This document shows, one piece after another, positions 26,525-35,407 of a stretch of 64,000 bases of DNA. The notes below the pieces were generated by a model. It had not been told where the DNA came from, searched no databases, and saw nothing but the letters and a program-made list of their open reading frames with translations. A program made the translations under genes and the position numbers. Origin of the DNA: Planctomycetota bacterium. Its GTDB lineage: Bacteria > Planctomycetota > UBA8742 > UBA2392. The stretch covers positions 2,113,098-2,177,097 of the forward strand of contig JADJRK010000001.1 of the NCBI GenBank assembly GCA_016712285.1, read 5' to 3'. Position 1 is the stretch's first letter; each line of letters begins with the position of its first letter.

Positions 26525-27001
26525 TTACTCGATCACTGCCAGCAGACGGCCCTGGCCGTCGCGATAGATGGGTTTGCCTTCTTCGTTGCGCGTGGGGTAC
26601 TTCAGCTTGACCGCCGTGCCGTACGTCCACTTGTTCATGCGCTCATCCAGCAGCCGTTGCTCTTCCCAGCCGTCTTCGCGCGGTGCCTCACCGACCAGCG
26701 CCACGGTTTCACGCTTGGCACCGGCCTCGATCACCAGTGTCGCGGAGTCCACCCAGCGCAGCACCGTGCCCTCGCCGGGGCCGGCTGGCTGTTCCTTCGG
26801 GGGCTCTTTGGGCTTCACGACTCGGCCCGTTTCAGGGTCCGTGGCTTCGCCGCCGTTGGACTCGCGCGGCTGTTCGTTGGCGCGGGGGTCTTCGCCGCGG
26901 GCAATGGCTGCGGCTTCGGCTTCTGTGGGTTCATAGCCGATTACGCCGGCGCAACCGGCAAGCATGCAAGAGAAGATCAGAAAAATGGCAAGGCGACCCA
27001 T
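26525..27001 (-). CDS. SNase-like (thermonuclease-fold) lipoprotein, hypothetical
   Basis: Lipoprotein signal MGRLAIFLIFSCMLAGCAG; C-terminal part resembles the staphylococcal-nuclease fold (TVLRWVDSATLVIE...LLDERMNKWTYGTAVKL). Confidence 0.45.
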   Translation of the reverse strand: MGRLAIFLIFSCMLAGCAGVIGYEPTEAEAAAIARGEDPRANEQPRESNGGEATDPETGRVVKPKEPPKEQPAGPGEGTVLRWVDSATLVIEAGAKRETVALVGEAPREDGWEEQRLLDERMNKWTYGTAVKLKYPTRNEEGKPIYRDGQGRLLAVIE

Positions 27002-27042
27002 GGCCGAATCGTAGCCACGGGCCGCCTTGGAACAAGCAGGAG

Positions 27043-28506
27043 TCAGGTGCGCGTACGCGACGCCACGCGTGATGCCGCAACCAGACCAAACAACGTCAAC
27101 AGCAGCAGCCAGACGCCGGAGCCGTGGCCTGAAACACAACCGCCGCCGTTGGAGGTGCCAGAACCGTTTCCAACACCGACGTTGGCGCCGGTAGCGGTCA
27201 CCTGTACCCGGAACGGCTCACGCTCGCTGCCGTCCATGTGCGGGATCAGGATCGTCGCGCTGCGCACGCCGTTGGCGAGTGGCGTGAAGCGCACGATCAG
27301 GGTTGTTGTCTGCGCCGACGTAACCGTGGTCGAGTACGCAGCCAGCTCAACAGTGAAGTCAGCGTCGCCTTGCACCGTCGGCGTGCCCAGCGTCAGGTCC
27401 GCCCCGGGCACATAGCCGATCCATGCAAAGTAGCCGACATCTGCGTTGCAGATCGTCAGCGTCAGCGTCGCCGAGTTGCCGCCGTCGACGGTGCCCAGGT
27501 CGCGGTTGCCTGTGGCAGGCGCGTTCTCGGCCATGTGAGAGCCCGTGTAAGCTGGCGGCGTCGGGTTGTTGTCAAAGAACGGTCCGCTGTTGTCGCAGAC
27601 CCGCAGTTGCCATGCCTCGGTGATGCCCTCGCCGAGAAGCTGCACCACGAACGGGCTGGCGTTCACGCCGTCGTCCTGCGTGAGCTGCAAAGCGCCGGCA
27701 TGTATGCCGACAGTGGCTGGGTCGAAGGCCACCCGCACTTCAGCGGCGGCGCCGGCTGGCACCGTCGCGACGAACCCCGACAGGTCGAGCGCAAATTCGG
27801 CGCTGCCGGTGGTCAACACCGGGGTGCCAAGGTGAAGATCCGGCGCACCCATCGGCGCGTCGTTTCTCAGCCACAGCACAAGCACCGCGGTCGGGCCCGC
27901 AGAGAGCTTGCGCCGTCCAAACTCGCGTCCATTGCCGGACGACTGGTTGTGGTAGACGCGTGTGCCGGCAGGCGTTGACTCGTGAACGCTGAGATATGAA
28001 ACAGCCGCCGCGGAAGTGCTGCCCTGTACGTTTACGCGAAAGTCCACGTAAGTGCCCGGGTATTGGTAGGGATCGGACTCCCACGTGTACGTCACCGTGC
28101 CCGAGAACGAGCCTGCCGACTGGGGCGTAAACCGCACCTTGAACTCGGTCTCGCTACCAGTGGCGACGCCGGTCGTGACGAAGCCGGTCGTGTCGATGTC
28201 AAAGTTTGCCCCGCCTGCGGTCAGCGTTGGCGTGGTCATGTACAGCGTGTCGCCGCCCCCGAACATCGTGGTGACACTGCGAATCCGGATCGTGACCCAG
28301 TCCGACGCGTTGCCGACCAGCGTCGGGCGAAACACCCGCCCATAGTCGGCTGCATCGTTGTCGTATAGCGGCGTGACCGTGGCGCCGGCTGAGGTCTCGT
28401 CGACCTCCATGACCGGGCCGGGGTAAGCGGGTGGTGTTGGACTCGGGTTTGCCATCAGTACCGGCGCAAGCAAAAGCAGCGCCGGCAGCATTGCTGCCTT
28501 GAGCAT
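27043..28506 (-). CDS. large beta-rich secreted surface protein with MYXO-CTERM-like C-terminal sorting signal
   Basis: Signal MLKAAMLPALLLLAPVLMA; Thr/Gly/Val-rich Ig-like repeats; C-terminus GGGCVSGHGSGVWLLLLTLFGLVAASRVASRTRT (Cys motif, TM, Arg cluster). Confidence 0.6.
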   Translation of the reverse strand: MLKAAMLPALLLLAPVLMANPSPTPPAYPGPVMEVDETSAGATVTPLYDNDAADYGRVFRPTLVGNASDWVTIRIRSVTTMFGGGDTLYMTTPTLTAGGANFDIDTTGFVTTGVATGSETEFKVRFTPQSAGSFSGTVTYTWESDPYQYPGTYVDFRVNVQGSTSAAAVSYLSVHESTPAGTRVYHNQSSGNGREFGRRKLSAGPTAVLVLWLRNDAPMGAPDLHLGTPVLTTGSAEFALDLSGFVATVPAGAAAEVRVAFDPATVGIHAGALQLTQDDGVNASPFVVQLLGEGITEAWQLRVCDNSGPFFDNNPTPPAYTGSHMAENAPATGNRDLGTVDGGNSATLTLTICNADVGYFAWIGYVPGADLTLGTPTVQGDADFTVELAAYSTTVTSAQTTTLIVRFTPLANGVRSATILIPHMDGSEREPFRVQVTATGANVGVGNGSGTSNGGGCVSGHGSGVWLLLLTLFGLVAASRVASRTRT

Positions 28507-28769
28507 TGTCGTCTCCTCCAGAAAAGTGCCAGTGTCCTCGCGGGGCACTAAGCAACCCCTGTGCCAAGGCAGGAAAGCGCGTCACGGGGCGGGGATTCGG
28601 CCGGTGCGGCTACCGTTTCGTCACCAGCGGTTGCTTGCAGGGTACGCCGGGCCCAGCGGTCCTGGGCCGCCGGACCTGACGCTCGCAAGCCCAGTCCGGT
28701 GACTTGTTATGCAATGCGTGCCTGACTAGCATGACGCCCCCAAGGCAGACCGTAAGCACGAGGGAGAAC

Positions 28770-29378
28770 ATGCAGCGTCCCCTGCTCGTTGTCGACATCC
28801 AGCGCGGCAACATCAGTGAGTACAACCGCTTTATCCCCAACGGTGTCGCCAGCATCGTGAAAGCCGAGCTTTTCAACCCGGTGATTTTCACGCGCTACGT
28901 GAACACGCCGGACAGCCCAGCCCGGTTGTTCCTTGAGAGCACCGCCATGAGCGAGATCTCGGACGCGGGCATGGAAATCAAGATCTCTGAGGTGATGGGC
29001 GGCAAGGTCCCGCCCCTGACGCAGTACGGCGTGCTGCCCATGGCCGACGGCTATGGCGCCAAGCGCTACCTGTTGACCCACAACACCTACACCTGTGTCA
29101 CGCCCGAATTCGAGGAACTGCTGGGCGAGCTCGACCTCGACAACACCGGCATGTACATCACCGGCTCGGACACCGAGGCACAGATCCTCAAGACCGCACT
29201 CGACCTGTTTGAGCGCAGCATTGAGCCCATCATCCTGGCGGAATTCTGTGGCAGCCACCGTGGCCTCGGCGCCCATGAACGCGGCTTGTCGCTGCTCAAG
29301 GAACTGATCGGCGCTGAGCGGGTGATCACCGACTACATGCCCCTGCGCCAGCGCTGGGAGCGCGCCAAACAGGGCTGA
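28770..29378 (+). CDS. isochorismatase-family hydrolase
   Basis: MQRPLLVVDIQ typical isochorismatase/cysteine-hydrolase N-terminus; RBS GAGGGAGA. Confidence 0.6.
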   Translation: MQRPLLVVDIQRGNISEYNRFIPNGVASIVKAELFNPVIFTRYVNTPDSPARLFLESTAMSEISDAGMEIKISEVMGGKVPPLTQYGVLPMADGYGAKRYLLTHNTYTCVTPEFEELLGELDLDNTGMYITGSDTEAQILKTALDLFERSIEPIILAEFCGSHRGLGAHERGLSLLKELIGAERVITDYMPLRQRWERAKQG

Positions 29379-29409
29379 TCCTGCAACGCACACACAGCCG
29401 GGCCCCTCG

Positions 29410-29442
29410 GGTCCGGCTGTTTTTCGTTTCCGGAAGGCAGGC
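29410..29442 (+). terminator. rho-independent terminator after the isochorismatase gene
   Basis: CAGCCGGGCCC-CTC-GGGTCCGGCTG followed by TTTTTCGTTT. Confidence 0.75.
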
Positions 29443-29562
29443 GGCTGCCATTGCGGATGTGACAATTCGGTGGCAATTGTAACTCCGGATTTGCTTTGAA
29501 TCTCAAGTGACCTAGTTACACTGGTTCCGGTGCACTTGCTGGGTCACTCGAAGAGGACGACC

Positions 29563-30528
29563 ATGAAACGGAATCTGCTGATGGGCGCAGCCCTGCTCGG
29601 CGCTTTTGCGCTGGCGGGCGTGTTTGCGCAACCGCTTGCCGGACAGTGATGAGGCGGAGGCGGCGGAGGCGGTGCCTCCGGAGGTGGTGGTGGCGGCCCG
29701 AAGTCCAGCTCGGGCGGCGCGGCGAAAGCTGCACTGAACAAGAACAAGTACAAAGAAGGCTCCGGCGCCGGCAAGGGCAAGAAAAGCTGGGGCGGCGAGA
29801 GTGGCGACGCGGTCATTCCTCCTGAGGAATTGATTGAGTGGAAAGTCGCCAAGATCGACAAGATCGAAGAGTACCAGAAGAAAAAGAAGCCGCTGGTCCT
29901 GTTCTTCATGGAAGAGGACATGGATGCCGTTGACGGCTCACGCCAGGTCCACGACGCTGAGCTGGCCAAGATGGCCAAGAGCGGCGACGCGGTCTTCCTG
30001 CTGATCGAATACAACGGTGACCGGACGCCTAGCCTCAATACCGGCTCGCCGATTCCGACCAGCAAGCTCGCAAGCCCCAACCCGGCACGCGAGTACAACG
30101 TCAGCAAGTACCCGACGCTGCTGGTATGCGATTACCACGGCAACGAGTTCGGGCGCTTTGACAAGGCACCGCAGGCCAAGGACGTAAAGTCCAAGCTGGA
30201 GGGCCTGAACGACAGCATCGAGGCCATGGAACAGAAGCTGCGCAAGAACCTCGATGCAGCCAAGGCCAGCCTGGAAAAGAACGACCTGCGCAACTTCTTC
30301 AAGACGATCTTCAAGAACTTCGGTGAAGGCATCATCGGCTTGAACGCGCAGGAAGAAGGCATCAAGGTCTATCGCGAACTGCTGGACAAGACGCGCGACG
30401 AGATCGACACCATCCTTGAGGACCGTCCCAAGGATGGCGAGTCTCGCCTGAAGGCGCTTTCGAAGAACTTCCGCGACACCGAGTTGCGCAAGGAAATCGA
30501 CGACGCCCTCGAAATCATCAAGGGCTAG
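29563..30528 (+). pseudogene. secreted thioredoxin-fold-like protein gene interrupted by in-frame tandem TGA-TGA; alternatively a 28-aa sORF plus a downstream CDS
   Basis: ATG 29563 encodes signal peptide MKRNLLMGAALLGAFALAGVFAQPLAGQ, then TGA TGA (29647-29652), then in the same frame a Gly-run GGGGGGGASGGGGGGPKSSS and a 260-aa domain. The downstream ORF has no ATG, RBS or signal of its own before TTG 29830. Confidence 0.4.
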
Positions 30529-30740
30529 AAACTTCGCACGATCAAACGGGGGCGGCTTTGGCCGCCCCCGTTTACGTTTCGGTCGTAAATCGTGCGGCAC
30601 AGGCATGTTGTGCATCTGTGTGCGGCCATGCCTGCCCAACGAATGCCGACCGCACCGGCGGCTGCCAGACTTTTGGCGCAGAAAACGCCTTGACCGGGGG
30701 TTATGTTTCCAGCGTCGCAGTTGAACGAGGGGAGTCAGCC

Positions 30741-31520
30741 ATGAAGAACTTTGCGCTTGCCATGATTTTCGGAGTTGGTGCCGCGCTGATGCTCAGCGCC
30801 TGTGACCCGCACCATCATCACGACGACCGTGACGATGACGACCACTTCATCATTCCGCCCGGCGGCAATGATCTCGGGTTCTTCGACGAGTTCGACCACG
30901 CCTACGACGAACAGGCGATCACCACCAGCGACGATACCGACGGCTTTGAGTTCAGCCTGGCGCGCACGACGGTCGTGCTGATCACGATGACCGGCACCGG
31001 CAGCCTGGATGGCTTTCTGGACCTTTACGACGACAACTTCGGGTTTCTCGGCGGCGACGACAACGGCGGGCCGGGTGTTGACCCCGTCATCGTGGCCCAG
31101 CTTTCAGCCGGCAACTACTTCTTCGTGGCAGGCAGCAGCAACGGCAGCCTGGGCGACTATGCCGTGGACATCAGCGTCGAGCCGATCGGCGGCGCGGACC
31201 TTGGCGTGATGGGCATCCCTGACAGCGTCATCGACAGCGGCGGCGACATGGCCGACGCATTTGACGTCGACAGCTACATCTTCACGGTCAACTCCGCCTG
31301 CGACTGCGACATCTTCCTGACGCGCACCAGCGGTAACTACGACGGCAACCTCGAGTTGCTGGACGAATACGGCAACGTGCTGGCCTTCATTGACCCCATT
31401 GGCGACACGGACCCGGACATTCTGTTGCAGCCACTTGGCCCGGGCACCTACATCATCCGGGTTGGGGTAGGAGTGGGCGGCGGCAGCGGCGACTACACCC
31501 TGCAGGTGGACACCTACTAG
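30741..31520 (+). CDS. lipoprotein with two PPC-like (pre-peptidase C-terminal) beta-sandwich domains
   Basis: RBS GAGGGGAG; lipobox MLSAC; His/Asp-rich region; two repeats ending GDYAVDISVEP and GDYTLQVDTY. Confidence 0.55.
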   Translation: MKNFALAMIFGVGAALMLSACDPHHHHDDRDDDDHFIIPPGGNDLGFFDEFDHAYDEQAITTSDDTDGFEFSLARTTVVLITMTGTGSLDGFLDLYDDNFGFLGGDDNGGPGVDPVIVAQLSAGNYFFVAGSSNGSLGDYAVDISVEPIGGADLGVMGIPDSVIDSGGDMADAFDVDSYIFTVNSACDCDIFLTRTSGNYDGNLELLDEYGNVLAFIDPIGDTDPDILLQPLGPGTYIIRVGVGVGGGSGDYTLQVDTY

Positions 31521-31642
31521 TCGCGGAGTAACACGAACGGGCGGCCTGCGGGTCGCCCGGTTTCATTGGTGCCATGCTTTGCCCTTCCCGAGGATGGCTT
31601 GGTTCGTACCATCCACGTTCCCCCGCCAGTCTGGTGCGATTG

Positions 31643-32332
31643 ATGGAACCCAAAGAAGCCTGCGCCAAGGCCTCTCAGCTTGCCCTTACAGGCAACCTGC
31701 AGGCGGCCATCGACATCCTTGACCCGGTGATCGAGGAATTCCGCGAGTTCGGGCCTGCCTACGTCGTGCACGCCCGCGTCTTCCTGATGGCCGGCGACTG
31801 CGCACAGCCGCTGGTAGACCTCGAAGCCGCCGAGTGGGCCAACCGCGAATATGGCACCACCGCACAGTTGCTTGAGGTCATTGAGTACCGGGCACTGACA
31901 TACGCAATTCGCAGCATGTACGGCGGCCAGAACGAAGCCGCCAAGTGCCGCAGCTATATTGAAGAGCTGATCAAGCAGCGGGTCGCCCCGGAGAGCTGGT
32001 GGTTTCTGTTAGCCTCGTGCTATGAGCTGGCATACAAAGACAGCGACGCCCAGGCCTGGGTCGAGAAGCTTGCGGCGTATGAGCCTCTGAAGTCGGCGGC
32101 CAGCTTTTTCTTCACCAAGCGCGCCGGGCTGACACAGATGCTGGCCATGCCCAAAAACCCCGAAAGTCACATTCCCGTGCATTTTGCCCGGCACTACCGG
32201 GCCAAGCGCGAAGGCGACAAGAAAGCCGCCGAAAAGTACCGCAAGCGCATGGAAGACCTGATTCCGCCCGGCAGCTTCTGGCAGATCGTCAACCTGTATG
32301 CGTCCGGCGCGGTGACGGTGACGGCTGTCTGA
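31643..32332 (+). CDS. hypothetical helical (TPR-like) protein
   Basis: ORF 31574-32332; start placed at MEPKEAC; no recognisable family. Confidence 0.45.
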   Translation: MEPKEACAKASQLALTGNLQAAIDILDPVIEEFREFGPAYVVHARVFLMAGDCAQPLVDLEAAEWANREYGTTAQLLEVIEYRALTYAIRSMYGGQNEAAKCRSYIEELIKQRVAPESWWFLLASCYELAYKDSDAQAWVEKLAAYEPLKSAASFFFTKRAGLTQMLAMPKNPESHIPVHFARHYRAKREGDKKAAEKYRKRMEDLIPPGSFWQIVNLYASGAVTVTAV

Positions 32333-32414
32333 GTCGGCTGTTCACGGACACCGTTCTCTCCCTTGACCTTTCCGGGCGTGTGGGTACCTTTGCCGCCCCG
32401 AAGCGGAGTAAGCC

Positions 32415-32672
32415 ATGTCGAGAAAGTGTGAAATCTGCGGTAAGGGACCTGTCGCCGGTGGCAGCATCAAGCGCCGCGGTATGGCCAAGAAATACGGCGG
32501 CGTCGGTAGCCGCGTGATCGCGCACAACAAGCGCACGTTCCGGCCCAACATCCAGAAGGTCCGGGCTTGGATCAACGGCGGCGTCCAGCGCGTCAGCGTC
32601 TGCACCAGCTGCCTGCAGGCCGGCAAGATCACAAAGCCGCCTGCCCGCGAATACGTCAAAGCTGCCGAGTAA
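32415..32672 (+). CDS. rpmB: 50S ribosomal protein L28
   Basis: MSRKCEICGKGPVAGGSIKRRG...TFRPNIQKVR, classic L28. Confidence 0.9.
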   Translation: MSRKCEICGKGPVAGGSIKRRGMAKKYGGVGSRVIAHNKRTFRPNIQKVRAWINGGVQRVSVCTSCLQAGKITKPPAREYVKAAE

Positions 32673-32719
32673 CAAGCAACGAATGTCGAGCCCCGGCGCT
32701 TGCGCCGGGGCTTTTGCAT

Positions 32720-33436
32720 TCATGCACTTTTCTGTGGACCGTTCACTTCGCGAGGTGAAAAGCGCGCGTCGAGTTGCTTCAGGATTTCGTCGCGCAGCTC
32801 GGCCGTGGTCTTGTCCACCCAGTCTTTGCCCTTCTTGCGGCGCACCGGCAGCTTGAACACGAAGTCACCCTTGATCGTGCCATAGCGTCGGCGAATCTCT
32901 TGCAGGAACTTCAGCTTCTCGGTGCTTTGCGGCGCGTCGCCGTCGCGGAACATGTACTTCTGCCCGGCTTGCCGCACCCAGCGCTGGCCCAGTCCAAGGC
33001 TGCGCTTGCGCGTGCGCGCCAGGCCAAAGCGCGGCGCGATGTCGAGGATCACCAGCAGGTCAGGCTTGGGGTGCCAGCCCTCGTGACGCTTGAGAATTTC
33101 CTGTTCCGGCACGCCCATCGCCCCCTGGTACACCAGCGTGCTGTACATGCTGCGGTCCTGGACCACGTCGGTGCCGGCGTTGAGCGCGGGCTTCACGATA
33201 GTGTCGATGCTCAGGCGACGGTCGGTGACGAACATGCCCATCCACTCGTGGGGTGTGGTGGCGTATTCGCCCGAGGCAAGCCGCTCCAGGATCAGCTTGC
33301 CGGTGGGCAGGTTGCTGGGCTCACGCGTCAGCAGCACGCGGCGGCCGCGCGCCTCAAGCGCCTCGCCAACAGCACGCGCCAGCGTGCTTTTGCCGGTACC
33401 GTCGATGCCTTCAATAATGATGAAGCGCCCGTGCAT
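32720..33436 (-). CDS. tmk: thymidylate kinase-like (dTMP kinase) with C-terminal extension
   Basis: P-loop FIIIEGIDGTGKST, LTREP, DRS motifs; start ATG 33436 (the ORF extends to TTG 33475 through the heptamer repeat, giving PTDNRQPTTDNQ); no SD before the ATG. Confidence 0.65.
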   Translation of the reverse strand: MHGRFIIIEGIDGTGKSTLARAVGEALEARGRRVLLTREPSNLPTGKLILERLASGEYATTPHEWMGMFVTDRRLSIDTIVKPALNAGTDVVQDRSMYSTLVYQGAMGVPEQEILKRHEGWHPKPDLLVILDIAPRFGLARTRKRSLGLGQRWVRQAGQKYMFRDGDAPQSTEKLKFLQEIRRRYGTIKGDFVFKLPVRRKKGKDWVDKTTAELRDEILKQLDARFSPREVNGPQKSA

Positions 33437-33438
33437 TT

Positions 33439-33538
33439 GGTTGTCGGTTGTCGGTTGTCGGTTGTCGGTTGGCAATGCCGAATTGAAGAATCAAACGCCA
33501 AAGGCTGCCAATCATCTGACAACTGACAACTGACAACT
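33439..33538. repeat. inverted repeat built from tandem heptamers: (GGTTGTC)x4 ... 45-bp spacer ... (CTGACAA)x3
   Basis: 33439-33466 GGTTGTC x4 (+GGTTGG); 33516-33536 CTGACAA x3, reverse complement TTGTCAG, differing by one base from TTGTCGG; abuts the tmk start codon. Confidence 0.6.
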
Positions 33539-33543
33539 GCCCA

Positions 33544-35328
33544 CTACCACCCGCCGCCGAAGCGTTTCTTGCGCTTGCGCGGCAGGCGCGGGTTGCCTGC
33601 TTCGGGCTCTGGCGGAGGAACTGCGGGCTGGGCCTGTGACGCGCTGGCCGTGCCGGGCATGCCATAGCCTCGCAGGTTCGGCGCGCGCCCGCTTTTCGAG
33701 CCCAGAATGCGGCTGTCGCGATTGACCTTCAGCGGCCCGCTTGCGGGCGCGTCAAAGAACCCGGGCAGCTTGCCGGTGCGCAGCACGTGCTCCATGTCCG
33801 ACACAAGCTGCATCGCGCTGGCGGGACGGTCTTCGGGCCGCTTGGCCATCATCGTCTGCAGCAGCGTGGCGGTTGCGTCGCTGATGTCGGGCCGGAAGTT
33901 CTTCGGGTGCGGCGGCGGCTCATGGATATGACGGTACATCACAACTTCGGGCGGGCCCTCGAACGGGACCTTGGCTGTCAGGCAGAAGTACATGGTCACG
34001 CCCAGGCTGTAGATGTCGCTGCGCGTGTCGATGTCCTGGCGGCCCATCGCCTGCTCAGGCGAGATGTAGTTCGGCGTCCCGACAGCCATGCCCTTGGTGG
34101 CGCCCTCGGGGCCATCGGCACGAACCTTGGCCAGCCCCAAGTCGAGCAACTTCACCTGGCGGTCGCGGGTGACCATGATGTTGTCGGGCTTGATGTCACG
34201 GTGCACCAGCCCCAGCTTCTCGGCGTGCTCCAGCGCCTTTGCGACCTGCACAATCAGCTCAAGGGCCTGGCGCTCGTCCATCGCGCCGCGCTCTTTCACC
34301 AGTTGCTGCAGCGTCTTGCCCTCGACGTACTCCATCGCGAAGTAGCACAGGCCTTCTACTTCGCCGGCGTCGATTCCGGTGATCACGTTTGGGTGGTTCA
34401 GCCGCGCGCTTGCCCGCGACTCTTGCAGAAAGCGGTGCTTGATGGTGGCGTTGGCCGCAAGCTCGGGTTGCAGAATCTTGATAGCGACCCAGCGCTCCAT
34501 GCGCACCTGGCGGGCCTTGTAAACCGTGCCCATGGCGCCCTGGCCCAGCTTTTCGTGCAGCTTGTAGCCGTGGATCTTGTCCGCGATCTGGTACATCTGC
34601 TGGTAGCCCTTGACGCGCTCAATGCCGGCCTTGTCCAGATAACCGCGTTGCATCAACAACTGGCCCAGCAGCGGTACGCGCTGGCCTTTCTGCAGCAGCG
34701 CGCGTTGCACGTTCACGCACTCCTGAATCTGTGCCGCGGTCACCAAGTTCAGGTTGACCGCCGCCTGGCCAAAGCTCAGCCGCGCGGTGTTGTCACTCGC
34801 TGGCGGCGGCTCGGCCTCGACGGGTTCCATGTCCTGGGTTTCCGCGAACGCGGGGTCGGGCGCGGCACGGTACTGCACCGACGGGCGCGGCGGAGTCTGC
34901 TCAAGATCATCCGGGTGTGGAATCTCGGTCGCTTCCCCCACCGGTTGCACTACGGGCGCGCTGTCGAAGACACCTTGGCGCGGCGAACTTGGTGCTGAAC
35001 TGACCTGGCGCACCGCCGGGTTCCCCGCCGGCCGGTTGCTGGCACTGCCTTGCGCGCTGCGCTGGGGCAGTGGTTGCGGCTGCGGCGCCTTGGCCGCTGG
35101 CGGCCCCAGCGACACCGTCGGTATGGTAGGCAGCTTCTGGGTCTCTTCGCCAAGCGGCTGGGCACCGTTCGGCTGTGCGCCGGGCATGCGGCGCTGCTCC
35201 GGGGCCGGCGCAGACTTTCGTGTGCGCTGGGTATCCGGAGTCTTTACCGGGTACACACGTTCTTTTCCGCCGCCTCCTTCAGAGTCGACAGAACGACGCG
35301 TGCTCAAATGCCACGCAAAGTGCATCAC
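33544..35328 (-). CDS. Ser/Thr protein kinase (Hanks-type) with Pro-rich N-terminal region
   Basis: Kinase motifs GQGAMGTVYKA, VAIK, HRDIKPDNIM, DLG, GTPNYISPE; true start uncertain. Confidence 0.8.
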   Translation of the reverse strand: MMHFAWHLSTRRSVDSEGGGGKERVYPVKTPDTQRTRKSAPAPEQRRMPGAQPNGAQPLGEETQKLPTIPTVSLGPPAAKAPQPQPLPQRSAQGSASNRPAGNPAVRQVSSAPSSPRQGVFDSAPVVQPVGEATEIPHPDDLEQTPPRPSVQYRAAPDPAFAETQDMEPVEAEPPPASDNTARLSFGQAAVNLNLVTAAQIQECVNVQRALLQKGQRVPLLGQLLMQRGYLDKAGIERVKGYQQMYQIADKIHGYKLHEKLGQGAMGTVYKARQVRMERWVAIKILQPELAANATIKHRFLQESRASARLNHPNVITGIDAGEVEGLCYFAMEYVEGKTLQQLVKERGAMDERQALELIVQVAKALEHAEKLGLVHRDIKPDNIMVTRDRQVKLLDLGLAKVRADGPEGATKGMAVGTPNYISPEQAMGRQDIDTRSDIYSLGVTMYFCLTAKVPFEGPPEVVMYRHIHEPPPHPKNFRPDISDATATLLQTMMAKRPEDRPASAMQLVSDMEHVLRTGKLPGFFDAPASGPLKVNRDSRILGSKSGRAPNLRGYGMPGTASASQAQPAVPPPEPEAGNPRLPRKRKKRFGGGW

Positions 35329-35407
35329 ACAGCCCAGTTACTGCCAGCCCGACAGGGGCGCGTCCGCAAGGGACGCGACTTCATGATTATTGCAGCTTAA
35401 CGCGGCT

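Noticed and set aside
33437-33475. TTG-initiated N-terminal extension of tmk (MPTDNRQPTTDNQ)
   Set aside because: It is the translation of the heptamer repeat. The conserved P-loop N-terminus begins at the downstream ATG. It is kept only as an alternative start.
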